Positions 39,296 to 49,096 of a stretch of 64,000 nt of DNA are shown in pieces (positions within the stretch are counted from its first letter, which is position 1; every line of letters starts with the position of its first letter). The notes beneath the pieces were generated by a model. That model was not told the DNA's origin. It did not search any database and saw only the letters and a list, made by a program, of their open reading frames with translations. Location: the NCBI GenBank assembly GCA_048571215.1, contig CP182352.1, positions 1,632,001-1,696,000 on the forward strand, in the 5' to 3' direction. A program made the position numbers and the translations under genes. This stretch comes from Halarcobacter sp. Its GTDB lineage: Bacteria; Campylobacterota; Campylobacteria; Campylobacterales; Arcobacteraceae.

Positions 39296-39802
39296 ATGGA
39301 AAAACAAATGAATTTTGATATAACAAAAGTTGCCAATGTAATACTATATATGTTGCATAAACAAGTTACCCACCTAAATGATAAAAAAGTTATTATCATG
39401 CTTTTTTTAATAGACTATAAACATCAAAAATATTGTGGTGAGAAAATATTTGGTGATGAGTATATAAAAGGTTCAAGACACCCAGAAGCTGCAATTTTAA
39501 GTGAACTCTTTGATATTATTGCAAATGGTGATGATTTGGATGAGGAGGATGAAAGACTTTATCTAATTCAAGAGTTATTAGGGTATTTGGATATAGAAAT
39601 AACAAAAAATGAAAAATTTATTGAACTAAATTTTCTAAAGATGGAAGAAGATTTTGATGAAACAATATTTACAAAAGATGAATTAAAAACTATACAAAAA
39701 ATTGTAAATGAGTATCTAAATACAACACCAAGAAATACTGCAAATGCATGCTTCAAAATTGAAGAAGTTAGAAAAATACCAAAAGGTGAAATTATAATCT
39801 AA
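39296..39802 (+). CDS. Panacea/SocA (DUF4065)-like protein
   Basis: KVANVILYM...KKVIIMLFLIDYKHQKYCGEKIFGDEY; FTKDELKTIQKIVNEY. Confidence 0.6.
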   Translation: MEKQMNFDITKVANVILYMLHKQVTHLNDKKVIIMLFLIDYKHQKYCGEKIFGDEYIKGSRHPEAAILSELFDIIANGDDLDEEDERLYLIQELLGYLDIEITKNEKFIELNFLKMEEDFDETIFTKDELKTIQKIVNEYLNTTPRNTANACFKIEEVRKIPKGEIII

Positions 39803-40004
39803 TTGCTATATTTTTATATATATCATTAGTAAAACAAAAACTACTTAATAAAAAAGTAGGAGTATATGAATAACTTTTAGAACAATTAATGCTTCTAAAA
39901 TATATATTTAATTATGGTTATGTCATCTTAAAAAATATCACCTATCTAATTTTAAATAAAATATTAGTATAGTTATATCTAATTTTGAAAACAAAAGGTA
40001 AAAA

Positions 40005-40271
40005 ATGAGTAAAGTTAAAGAGTTAGAAAAACTTTTAGAAAATGAAGTTTTAGTTGAAGTAAATGAGAGTATAAAAGAGTTAGAGACTGAATTATCAAAA
40101 AAGAAAAAAAATAAAGATTTAGAAGAAGAATTAAAGTATATGGAACAAGTTAAGCAATATTTTGATGAAGTACTTCTTGATATCTCACATGACAACTTAA
40201 AAGAGAAAGATGCAATTGATATTTTAGAAGCATTAGAAGAGATGGAGTTAGAGAATCAATCAGGTTTTTAA
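40005..40271 (+). CDS. Hypothetical acidic coiled-coil protein
   Basis: 88-aa ORF with AAGG RBS. Confidence 0.7.
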   Translation: MSKVKELEKLLENEVLVEVNESIKELETELSKKKKNKDLEEELKYMEQVKQYFDEVLLDISHDNLKEKDAIDILEALEEMELENQSGF

Positions 40272-40274
40272 ACT

Positions 40275-40889
40275 ATGAATTGGCTGGCACATATCTTTTT
40301 ATCAGAATATAATATTGAATTTCAAATAGGAAACTATCTAGCTGATCCCCTCAAAGGAAGGGTTTGGCAAGGTGCAAGCCCTTCTATACAAAAAGGTATG
40401 AGTGTTCATAAAATAATTGATTCTTATAGTGATTCCCACAAACTATTTAAAAAAAGTAAAGATTCTTTAGGCAATAAAGGTTTATTAAAGGCTGTAGTTA
40501 TTGATTTAACATATGATTATCTTTTAACAAAACATTGGCAAAAATTTTCACTTATGGATTTAGAAAGTTTTTTAAATGAGTTTTATATCCAAGCAAATAA
40601 ACAAATTTCAAAGCTACCAAATCATGCAAAAGAACCACTTGAAAAAATGGTTAAATATGAGATATTAAATAAGTATAAAACCTTAGATGATTTACAAAAA
40701 GCTTTTTATAGAGTTGACAAAAGACTTTCACCAAGACTTGCAAAAAGAGATAAAGCAAGTTTATATTTTAGAAAAATCTCTTTAAACATAGACTCTATAG
40801 AGGAAAACTTTTTAGAGTTTTTCCCCCAACTATGCCTAGAAGTAAAAAGACATCTGGATGAAAATAAATTAACTCACTGGAGAATATAA
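40275..40889 (+). CDS. ACP phosphodiesterase (AcpH-like)
   Basis: MNWLAH, GNYLADPLKG, HKIIDSYSDSH, DLTYDYLL. Confidence 0.85.
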   Translation: MNWLAHIFLSEYNIEFQIGNYLADPLKGRVWQGASPSIQKGMSVHKIIDSYSDSHKLFKKSKDSLGNKGLLKAVVIDLTYDYLLTKHWQKFSLMDLESFLNEFYIQANKQISKLPNHAKEPLEKMVKYEILNKYKTLDDLQKAFYRVDKRLSPRLAKRDKASLYFRKISLNIDSIEENFLEFFPQLCLEVKRHLDENKLTHWRI

Positions 40890-41857
40890 GCTTTTGATAA
40901 ACTATAATTTTGTTTTTCTAATAAAACTTTATTAAAAGCTTCCACATCATCATAAGTTAAACTGAAGTTTTCCAGTTGCTTTTTTTGTATTATAGGATTC
41001 ATCAAGGCATTTTTACTATTTATATGAGGAACACCTAATAAATGCCCAATTTCATGAGCGATAACTGCTTTTAATTCTTTTAAATTATCAAAACCATATA
41101 TCTCTATTTTACTCATATAGTTTTTTTCTTCTTTTTGTTTTCTAGTTTTTCCATCTTTGTATATATTTTTTGTAATAACTTTTTTATACATAAAAGTTTT
41201 ACCTTTTATCTTTTTAAAACCTCTAGTCATAGCTTCAAGATCTCTTATATTTGAATTATATTTTTGTATAAGATTATTATATGAAGAGATTTTTTTATTA
41301 AAATCTTTTATTGATAAACTTACATTTTTATGTTCTATTTTTACTCTTTTTATCTCACTATTTATAATATCTCGTTCTTTTTTTACATATTGTTTTGCTT
41401 GTTTATACTCTTGCATTGAAATATTTTTTTGTTTTTTTATACTTTTTATAAAACCATTTAGTTTTTTGATTCTATTATTTAATATAGTATTCTCCTTCTT
41501 AAAGGAGTTTCTTAAACTGTACATTTGTTTTTTACCATCTGAGATATAACTTTTATTTTTGTTTATCTCTTCAAGCAATTGGCTTATTATTTTATTTTTT
41601 GATAAAATATTTTGTTCAAGTTTAGTAGCAGGAATATAGATCAAATTTATTGGGATACCATTTTCTGAGTAATCAAATAGATTTGTATTTAACTTAGACT
41701 CAAACTCTTGTTCAATCTCAAATACAATCTCTTCAAGTTTTTCTTTACTAATTATATCTTTATATTGCCAAGCAATAGTACCTATAGTAACTTTTTGAGT
41801 ATTGGCATAACAAAGGTTCAAAAAAAGTATAACTATTAATAAAGCTTTTAAATTCAT
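40874..41857 (-). CDS. Matrixin (M10)-family exported zinc metalloprotease with a coiled-coil insert
   Basis: HEIGHLLGVPH zinc motif and ALMNP Met-turn. Confidence 0.85.
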   Translation of the reverse strand: MNLKALLIVILFLNLCYANTQKVTIGTIAWQYKDIISKEKLEEIVFEIEQEFESKLNTNLFDYSENGIPINLIYIPATKLEQNILSKNKIISQLLEEINKNKSYISDGKKQMYSLRNSFKKENTILNNRIKKLNGFIKSIKKQKNISMQEYKQAKQYVKKERDIINSEIKRVKIEHKNVSLSIKDFNKKISSYNNLIQKYNSNIRDLEAMTRGFKKIKGKTFMYKKVITKNIYKDGKTRKQKEEKNYMSKIEIYGFDNLKELKAVIAHEIGHLLGVPHINSKNALMNPIIQKKQLENFSLTYDDVEAFNKVLLEKQNYSLSKAYILQ

Positions 41858-41958
41858 TGGGTATTTTATTTAAAATCATATTTATAATAGCTTTTGTGGT
41901 TTTACCTTTATGTAATATTTTTAAGATATAGTTATACTATAAAATACTAAGGATATCT

Positions 41959-42378
41959 ATGGCTATAAAAAAGAATCAAGTGGTAACAATGTTTTACGAA
42001 CTAAAAATCAATGATGAGTTAGTTGAAAGCAATCTAGAGACAAAACCTATTCAGTTTGTTTTTGGTACAGAACAATTAATTTCAGGCTTAGAAGCTGGAA
42101 TAGAAGATATGAATGAAGGGGAAACAAAAGATATAAAAGTTTCGCCAGAAGATGGATATGGGGAATATGATGAAAAGCTCAAAGAGACTCTTCCCATAGA
42201 AAACTTTGAAGGTATTGACTTAGAAATAGGAACTGTTGTTGAAGCTGATGATGAAGATAATGAAGTGATAAGAGCAACTGTAATAGAGGTTACAAAAGAT
42301 GAAGTAACTGTGGATTATAATCACCCTTTAGCAGGTTCTGTTTTAGATTTTAAAGTTACTATAAAATCAATTGTTTAA
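41959..42378 (+). CDS. Second SlyD-like FKBP peptidyl-prolyl isomerase
   Basis: QLISGLE, GYGEYD, VDYNHPLAG. Confidence 0.9.
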   Translation: MAIKKNQVVTMFYELKINDELVESNLETKPIQFVFGTEQLISGLEAGIEDMNEGETKDIKVSPEDGYGEYDEKLKETLPIENFEGIDLEIGTVVEADDEDNEVIRATVIEVTKDEVTVDYNHPLAGSVLDFKVTIKSIV

Positions 42379-42401
42379 TGACATAGATTATTAGACTGAC
42401 T

Positions 42402-43316
42402 TTAGGGATTTAAATCATCTAATATTGAACCAAATAGATAAGTTTTATTTTTTTGTAAAAACTCATTAAACTTAATTATCCCTTTTGGTTCATTTTTATT
42501 TCCATGAATAAGCACAAGACTACCCTGCTTTATCATCTCATTTTTTGCCAACCAAGTATCACTTCCAACAGGAATTAGACCTAAAGAATTGATTAAAAGG
42601 GAACTTTTTTTATCTGATATAAGCCCAGGAAACCTAAAAAGGATTGAGGGTGTAAGCCCATAAGATAAAAGAAGTTTTTCCAAATCTAGTACTTCATCTA
42701 TAATATTTGTTTTGTCAATCAATAAAAAATTTTTTTCAAGAGGAAGTTTCTTATTATAAGGATGATTGTAAGTATGATTTCCCCACGTAATATCTAGTAT
42801 TCCTTTTTTTTGTAGGGATAATAATTCTAAAAACTGTTTTTCATGTTTATCAATCCATTTACCTGAAATAAAAATACTAATGGGTATATCTCTATGTTTT
42901 TGATAAATTTTATTTAAACTATTGAAAAAACTATCTTCATAACCACTTTTTGATGAAGGGCATAAATCAACTGTAAGATAAATAGAGTTTGAATTTATAT
43001 GTTTTAAACCATAGTTTTTAAGAGTAAAAATAGGTTTTGAATATTGATTTAATAGTTTTTTATATTTACTGTTATTAAGTTTGTTTTCCCGTGCTTTAAA
43101 AAAATACTCTTTTTTTAAAACTTTTGTTTGCAAACTATTTTCATCAACTACCAAAAAATATTTTTTATCATCAATAGAAAAAGAGCGTAAGATTGTATAG
43201 TATTTATTTTCATTTATAACTGACTTATTTACTATTTTATACTCTTTTATTTGAACTTTTTCATTTGCAAAAATAGCTGTAGACAAAATACATATAAGTA
43301 GAAAAACTGTTTTCAT
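42402..43316 (-). CDS. Exported polysaccharide deacetylase family protein
   Basis: LTVDLCPS, WGNHTYNH, FRFPGL, LIHGN. Confidence 0.85.
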   Translation of the reverse strand: MKTVFLLICILSTAIFANEKVQIKEYKIVNKSVINENKYYTILRSFSIDDKKYFLVVDENSLQTKVLKKEYFFKARENKLNNSKYKKLLNQYSKPIFTLKNYGLKHINSNSIYLTVDLCPSSKSGYEDSFFNSLNKIYQKHRDIPISIFISGKWIDKHEKQFLELLSLQKKGILDITWGNHTYNHPYNKKLPLEKNFLLIDKTNIIDEVLDLEKLLLSYGLTPSILFRFPGLISDKKSSLLINSLGLIPVGSDTWLAKNEMIKQGSLVLIHGNKNEPKGIIKFNEFLQKNKTYLFGSILDDLNP

Positions 43317-43371
43317 AAGCCCTCTTTTAATAAAAAAAAGATTATATCATAAGCAAATCAAAACTATTAAC

Positions 43372-44004
43372 TTAAGAATTATTTTTCATTCTTAAAAGTG
43401 CAAAGCCCATAAAAAAGAATAAACCACCTGTTAATTTATTGATTAAATTCATTCTATTTTTATCAGTTAAATAAGCTTTAGATCTTTTTGATAAATAACC
43501 ATAAGTACATAAAGATGAAAAAGAGATTATCAAAAATATACCTGTCATTATAAAAAACTGAATAGTAATTGAACTATTTAAATCTAAAAATTGAGGGAAA
43601 ATTGCAGTAAAAAAAAGTATTGGTTTTGGATTTGTAATAGCTAAAATAAATGATTCAAAAAAATAAACCTTTTTTGTTTTTTTGTTTTTTTCTTCATTAA
43701 CATCTTCTATATTTATTATCCCATTATTTCTAATAAATTTAAAGCCTAAATAGATAAGATAAAAAGCACCAATTATTTTTACTATCATAAAAAGAGTTGC
43801 CGAAGTAGTTAAAATAGCTCCTAAACCTAGTATTGATGCAGTAGATAAAATAAAAAGACCTAAAATATTTGCAAAAGATGTAATTGCTACAGTTCTCATA
43901 TCTGTTCTAATTCCATTTACAATTGCTAATACAATTGCTGGACCAGGACTAGTGATATAAAAAAATGCTACAAGAAAATAAACTAAAAGTGTATCTAAAT
44001 TCAT
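43372..44004 (-). CDS. LysE/RhtB family translocator
   Basis: SPGPA, GAFYLIYLG, TNPKPILFFTAIFPQF. Confidence 0.92.
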   Translation of the reverse strand: MNLDTLLVYFLVAFFYITSPGPAIVLAIVNGIRTDMRTVAITSFANILGLFILSTASILGLGAILTTSATLFMIVKIIGAFYLIYLGFKFIRNNGIINIEDVNEEKNKKTKKVYFFESFILAITNPKPILFFTAIFPQFLDLNSSITIQFFIMTGIFLIISFSSLCTYGYLSKRSKAYLTDKNRMNLINKLTGGLFFFMGFALLRMKNNS

Positions 44005-44139
44005 AATTCTCCTTTAATTAGGGCTAATATTATATCTAATATGAAGTAAATAAATAATAAATAAACATATTTGTTAAATTGTATAATTTAAGTTTTGATG
44101 ATATATACTTTATTTTATCTATCATATACAGGGAAAACT

Positions 44140-45648
44140 ATGAAAATCATATTTATATTATCTTTTTGTCTTGTAAATCTTTTTTTTGGTCAAGCTTTAA
44201 AAAACAAATTATATCAGGTTTCAACCATTGATGCTTTATTAGCAGGATATTATGATGGAGATAAAACTGTACAAGATATTAAGTCACATGGTGATTTTGG
44301 TCTTGGAACTTTTAATGGTATAGATGGAGAGATGATTTTATATAAAGGTATTGTATACCAAGCAAAATCAACTGGAGAAATAATAAAAGTAGATAATAAT
44401 ATTGGTGTACCTTTTGCTAGTGTAAACTTTTTTGATAGTGATTATGATGAAAAAATAAAAGATATAAAATCTTATAAAGAGTTAAAAACTTTTTTAAATC
44501 AATATGATATATGCAAAAACTATCCTTGTGCATTTAAGATAAAAGGAGAGTTTTCTTATATAAAAACTAGGAGTGCTCCCAAAGCTTCAAAACCATATCC
44601 ACCCCTTGTAAAACATATAACTCAAACACAAAATATTTTTGAAAGAAACAATATAAAAGGAGTGCTTATAGGTTATTATCTTCCTCAATACTTTGCAAAA
44701 TTTAATGTACCTGGATATCATTTTCACTTTTTAAATGAAGATAAAAACTTTGGAGGTCATGTTTTACAATTGGCTATAAAAGATGCATCAATTTTTCTAG
44801 ATAGATTATATGATATTGATTTAGCCCTATTACAAACAAAAGAGTTTGAAGAAGGGGAAATAAAAGTTGGAAAAGATGATTTAGAAAAAGTTGAAAAATA
44901 TAACAATAAAGCTCTTGATAAAGATTACTACAAAAAGATTCTTAAACAAATAAATGAAGAGATAAAAAGTCAGTTTACACAAATGGATAAAAAATTAAAA
45001 ATTACTTCAAAAAAACTATCTTCTATTGATATTACATCAAATGAAGCTTTTAAAATATTAGAAAAAACTTGCAATGAAAACCCATATGCCTATGATTGTA
45101 GTACAATCGATACTAAAGGTATTATTAGACAAATTGCACCAAAAAAATATTCAAATTTTATAGGTGAAAATATAAGTAAGCAAGAACAGATTGTAAGATT
45201 ACATAAAAATAAAAAACCTGTTATTAGTAATGCCATACAAACAGTTGAAGGTTTTCAAGGTTTTGATTTAGAATACCCAATTTTTGATAATAAAAATAGA
45301 TTTATTGGTTCTGTAAGTATTTTAACAAAACCAGATTTTTTTAAAGAAGTAATAAAACAAAAAATCAAAGAAGATTCTGTAGAGATTTGTATTATGCAAC
45401 TTGATGGAAAAATCTTGTATGACTATAATAAAGAAGAGATAGGCAAGTATTTATTTGAAGATGATTTGTATAAACAGTTCCCATCTTTATTAAAAGTTGG
45501 TGAAAATATTGTTAAAAATAAAAAAGGTGAAAGTGAATATGAGTTTTTAGATAAGAAAATGAAACAAACTGTAAAAAAAAGAATATTGTGGAACACAATA
45601 CAACTACATGGTACACAATTTAGAATTACGCTGGCTTATAAGATTTGA
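44140..45648 (+). CDS. budA: Exported alpha-acetolactate decarboxylase fused to a C-terminal Cache-like domain
   Basis: Signal peptide; YQVSTIDAL, GDFGLGTFNGIDGEM, TRS, GYHFHFL...GGHV; C-terminal domain with VEGFQGFDLEYPIFD...FIGSVSIL and MQLDGKILYD. Start at ATG 44140. Confidence 0.8.
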   Translation: MKIIFILSFCLVNLFFGQALKNKLYQVSTIDALLAGYYDGDKTVQDIKSHGDFGLGTFNGIDGEMILYKGIVYQAKSTGEIIKVDNNIGVPFASVNFFDSDYDEKIKDIKSYKELKTFLNQYDICKNYPCAFKIKGEFSYIKTRSAPKASKPYPPLVKHITQTQNIFERNNIKGVLIGYYLPQYFAKFNVPGYHFHFLNEDKNFGGHVLQLAIKDASIFLDRLYDIDLALLQTKEFEEGEIKVGKDDLEKVEKYNNKALDKDYYKKILKQINEEIKSQFTQMDKKLKITSKKLSSIDITSNEAFKILEKTCNENPYAYDCSTIDTKGIIRQIAPKKYSNFIGENISKQEQIVRLHKNKKPVISNAIQTVEGFQGFDLEYPIFDNKNRFIGSVSILTKPDFFKEVIKQKIKEDSVEICIMQLDGKILYDYNKEEIGKYLFEDDLYKQFPSLLKVGENIVKNKKGESEYEFLDKKMKQTVKKRILWNTIQLHGTQFRITLAYKI

Positions 45649-45710
45649 TTTTATACTATATAAATATTTATAAATTTGATATATTATTAATTTACAAGTA
45701 AACTAAAAAA

Positions 45711-46121
45711 TTAGTTTACTTGTCTTTTAAAATTATGATTATAGATTAATATACCCATTAAAATAAAAACTACATTTTTAACTATATATTGTCCCACTAA
45801 AGTAAAAGCATATGGTGCTTTTGTAAAAGATAATTCAGGCAATAAGATCAATGGTGAAAAGGTCAAAACCATATGGATAAAAAATAAAATCAATGCATAT
45901 CTTAAATAGATACCAAAAAATAAACCTATACCAACAAAAAGTTCCCAAATAGCTAAAAGTTTTATAGATATAGCTGCAGGAATCAAACCAAAAAATAATA
46001 TATCAATAGTTTTTGTAGCTAATACCTCTGCTGGACTTAACTGTGGAAAAAACTTTAATACTCCATACCAAATAAAAATAACACCAAGTGCCATTCTACT
46101 AAGTTTTAAAACGTCATTCAT
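45711..46121 (-). CDS. DoxX/YkgB-like membrane protein
   Basis: RMALGVIFIWYGVLKFF, GQYIVKN. Confidence 0.8.
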   Translation of the reverse strand: MNDVLKLSRMALGVIFIWYGVLKFFPQLSPAEVLATKTIDILFFGLIPAAISIKLLAIWELFVGIGLFFGIYLRYALILFFIHMVLTFSPLILLPELSFTKAPYAFTLVGQYIVKNVVFILMGILIYNHNFKRQVN

Positions 46122-46234
46122 ACTTCTCCTTTTTTTAAAAAAATGATTATATCAGATTTTACTTTAATTTTGATAATCGTTATTGTTTATTTTTTACGAC
46201 TTAAATAATTTTACTTATTTAAGTATAGGTTTTC

Positions 46235-46250
46235 AGTGATAGATATCACA
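46235..46250. promoter_or_regulatory. CRP/FNR-family-like box between the divergent doxX-like and MOSC genes
   Basis: AGTGA-TAGATA-TCACA, 9/10 match to TGTGA-N6-TCACA. Confidence 0.5.
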
Positions 46251-46417
46251 ATAACTTGTGAAAATTAAATATAGATGATTTATATAGAAAGTACTTTTAA
46301 TTTTTTTAAAACTAAATTCCTCTTTAAAATATCCAAATTTTTTATTTTTTAGAGATATTTAAGTTATATGAGTTGTATTACCCTATATAATTGTTAAAAT
46401 TAACAAAAGGGTATTTT

Positions 46418-46888
46418 ATGTCTGGAAAAATAGTAAAACTTCTTTTAGCAAAAGATATTGAGTCTTCTATGCAAAATGTAAATCAAATGGTTTTAGAAGA
46501 GAATAAAGGGATATTTGGAGATAGATATTATAATCAAGAGGGAACATTTTCAAATAAAGGCGAAGTTGAACCAGATAGAGATGTCACTTTAATAGAAATA
46601 GAAAATATAGAATCTTTTAATCAAGAACATAATGAAAACTTAAAAGCTGAGGACTTAAGACGAAATATTGTTATCTCAAATTGTAATTTAAATGACCTAG
46701 TAGATAAGCAGTTCCAAATAGGCAATGTTGTCTTAAAAGGGGTGCGTTTATGTGAACCTTGCAGTTTTTTGGCTAAAAAACTAAATAATGACAAGTTTCT
46801 AAATGCAATGATACATAAATCAGGTCTTAGAGCACAAATAATAAAGGGAGGATGTATAGATTTAGATTGTCAATTAGAAGTGCTATAA
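46418..46888 (+). CDS. MOSC domain-containing protein
   Basis: GIFGDRY, LRRNIV, RLCEPC, GLRAQIIKGG. Start at ATG 46418. Confidence 0.9.
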   Translation: MSGKIVKLLLAKDIESSMQNVNQMVLEENKGIFGDRYYNQEGTFSNKGEVEPDRDVTLIEIENIESFNQEHNENLKAEDLRRNIVISNCNLNDLVDKQFQIGNVVLKGVRLCEPCSFLAKKLNNDKFLNAMIHKSGLRAQIIKGGCIDLDCQLEVL

Positions 46889-46897
46889 AATCTATAT

Positions 46898-47299
46898 TTA
46901 CTCCTTATCAAAGCCATCAACAATAATTGCTCCCATTGATGCTGGCATAGATATAACTATCACTCTTTTGATTGCAACAATAGTTTCATCAATAAGTGGT
47001 AGTTTATCAATTGACAATAATATCAATGATACAACTATAAAAGCTATTAGATAAGCTATAAATACTCTAAATAAAAATGCAAATTTTCTATGTTTAATAT
47101 CTGCTTGAAAAATACTTTCATAAGTATAAAAACCTAAAAAACAAAATGATAATAAAAGTAGTATAAATAGATTTGCAAAAGGAAGTGTTTCACTTAATTT
47201 CCAAGCCTCTTCTGAAAAAGATATAGGAATTGCCAAAGCAAAAGCACCAATAATAATCTGACTAGCGTCTTCTAAATTAAATCGTAAATTATTTATCAT
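46898..47299 (-). CDS. DUF2391 family membrane protein
   Basis: EDASQIIIGAFALAIPISFSEEAW, MPASMGA. Confidence 0.8.
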   Translation of the reverse strand: MINNLRFNLEDASQIIIGAFALAIPISFSEEAWKLSETLPFANLFILLLLSFCFLGFYTYESIFQADIKHRKFAFLFRVFIAYLIAFIVVSLILLSIDKLPLIDETIVAIKRVIVISMPASMGAIIVDGFDKE

Positions 47300-47454
47300 A
47301 ATATTAAACTCTTTTATCTTATTTTTTTAGATATTATACTATTTTTTGCTATTTAACCATATTGAATTAAATAAAAATAGTTATAAAAAAAACTTAATTG
47401 CTATTTAATCTTTAGATGTTACATTTCACTTTTAAATATACAAAAAGGATTTTT

Positions 47455-47949
47455 ATGGAAAAAATTGGATTATTTTATGGAAGTGACACAGGAACAACAG
47501 AAGAGATTGTAGAAAAAATCAAAGATACTTTTTCAAAAAAAATAGAGCTTCACAATATAGAAAATAGTACAAAAGAAGATATAGAACAATATAATAAGCT
47601 AATATTAGCTTCATCTACTTGGGGTGATGGGGACTTGCAAGGTGATTGGGAAGATTTTGAATCTAACTTAGAGGAGATAGATTTTTCAAATAAAACAATA
47701 GCCCTAGTAGGTTTAGGTGATCAAGAAGGTTATGAGGATACATTTTGTAATGCCTTAGGACATCTATATGAGTATGTAAAAGATGCAAAGATTGTTGGAA
47801 AAACTTCAACTGAGGGTTATGAATTTGAGGAGTCTACAGCTGTGGTTGATGATCAATTTGTAGGATTAGTAATTGATGAAGACAATCAAAGTGAATTAAC
47901 AGACAAAAGGATTGAGGATTGGGTAAAAGATATTGAAGACTTATTTTAA
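47455..47949 (+). CDS. fldA: Long-chain flavodoxin
   Basis: FYGSDTGTTE, STWGDGDLQ, GLGDQEGY, GLVIDEDNQ. Start at ATG 47455. Confidence 0.92.
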   Translation: MEKIGLFYGSDTGTTEEIVEKIKDTFSKKIELHNIENSTKEDIEQYNKLILASSTWGDGDLQGDWEDFESNLEEIDFSNKTIALVGLGDQEGYEDTFCNALGHLYEYVKDAKIVGKTSTEGYEFEESTAVVDDQFVGLVIDEDNQSELTDKRIEDWVKDIEDLF

Positions 47950-48030
47950 TAATATTTAAATATATTTTTAATTTATCTATATATAAAAAATTTAGATATA
48001 CTATTTGGAACAAATCAAAAAAGGAGTCAT

Positions 48031-48140
48031 TTTCAAGTAGTTGTTACAAATATTTTAGACAATGAAGTTGAAGTTGATTTCAATCACCCATTAGCAGGAA
48101 AAAATTTATATTTTTAATTACTATTCAAGCTATAAAATAA
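48031..48140 (+). pseudogene. slyD-like 3' remnant (third copy)
   Basis: FQVVVTNILDNEVEVDFNHPLAGKNLYF*; 29 nt identical to slyD 38799-39218; an AAGGAG RBS lies just upstream but there is no start codon. Confidence 0.8.
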
Positions 48141-48175
48141 ATATATGCCCAAGAGTAACTTGGGCATATATTTAT
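48137..48175 (+). terminator. Strong hairpin after the slyD remnant
   Basis: ATAAATATATGCCCAAG-AGTAA-CTTGGGCATATATTTAT, 17-bp stem. Confidence 0.75.
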
Positions 48176-48274
48176 ATGTAAACTTTCATATATATAATTA
48201 ATTATAATAATTAATTTCTCTTATTTATACTAAATTTGCTAAAATTTAAATAACTATTCATTAAAGGATTATTA

Positions 48275-49096
48275 ATGAAACTGATAAAATTAATTTTACT
48301 ATTAAGCTTTTTTTCTATACTTTGTGTTGCCGATAGTTTAAAGATAGGTGTAACTCCATATACTAATGCTTTAAAAATAATAAAAATATATAAACCCCTT
48401 ACTGATTTTTTAACAAAAGAATTAAACACTAATGTTGAAGTATACACTTCAAGTGATTATAAAAAATTTTACGAAGATGTTGAAAATGGTGATTTTGATT
48501 TAATTATTACATCACCACATTTTGGCGCACTTCATATCCAAAATGGTTTTATACCAATATATAGATACAATACTTCTTTAGATTTATTAATAATTGTATT
48601 AAAAGATAGTCCTTATAAAAAAATTTCTGATTTAAAAAACACAACTATAGCTACACCTGATTATCTAGCAGCTTTAAATATTGGTGGAGTAAAAACTTTA
48701 TTGGATAATGGTTTAATTGAAGGGAAAAATTTTAATTTAGAAGATTTAGGTTCTCATACTAGTGCTATAAAAAGTGTATTATTAAAAACTACTGATGCAT
48801 CTATAACAACATATAGTCCTCTGAAACAATTTTCAGATAAAGAGCTTTTAAAGAAAATTAGAATTTTAGAATCAGATTTTAAAATGCCACATCTATTTAC
48901 CTTGGCTAATCCAAAACTTAACAAAAATAAGATTAATCAAATAAAAGAAAAACTAAAAAAATTTGAGAAATCTTCTGAAGGAAAAATTTTCTTTAAAAAA
49001 ACTGGATATAAAGGATACATAAACATTTCTAAAGAAGATATTGAAAGTTTATTAACTGTTTCCAAAGATACAAAAAAATATTTAGGGATAAAATGA
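48275..49096 (+). CDS. PhnD/SsuA-like periplasmic substrate-binding protein
   Basis: Signal peptide; LKIGVTPY, YKPLTDFL, TSPHFG, GSHTSAI; ATGA overlap with the kinase gene. Confidence 0.82.
   Translation: MKLIKLILLLSFFSILCVADSLKIGVTPYTNALKIIKIYKPLTDFLTKELNTNVEVYTSSDYKKFYEDVENGDFDLIITSPHFGALHIQNGFIPIYRYNTSLDLLIIVLKDSPYKKISDLKNTTIATPDYLAALNIGGVKTLLDNGLIEGKNFNLEDLGSHTSAIKSVLLKTTDASITTYSPLKQFSDKELLKKIRILESDFKMPHLFTLANPKLNKNKINQIKEKLKKFEKSSEGKIFFKKTGYKGYINISKEDIESLLTVSKDTKKYLGIK

Noticed and set aside
38731..41915. TTTTACCTTT shared upstream of both intact slyD genes as a common operator
   Set aside because: At 38722-38743 it is one arm of the hairpin after the hemerythrin gene, and similar strings occur elsewhere in this AT-rich window.
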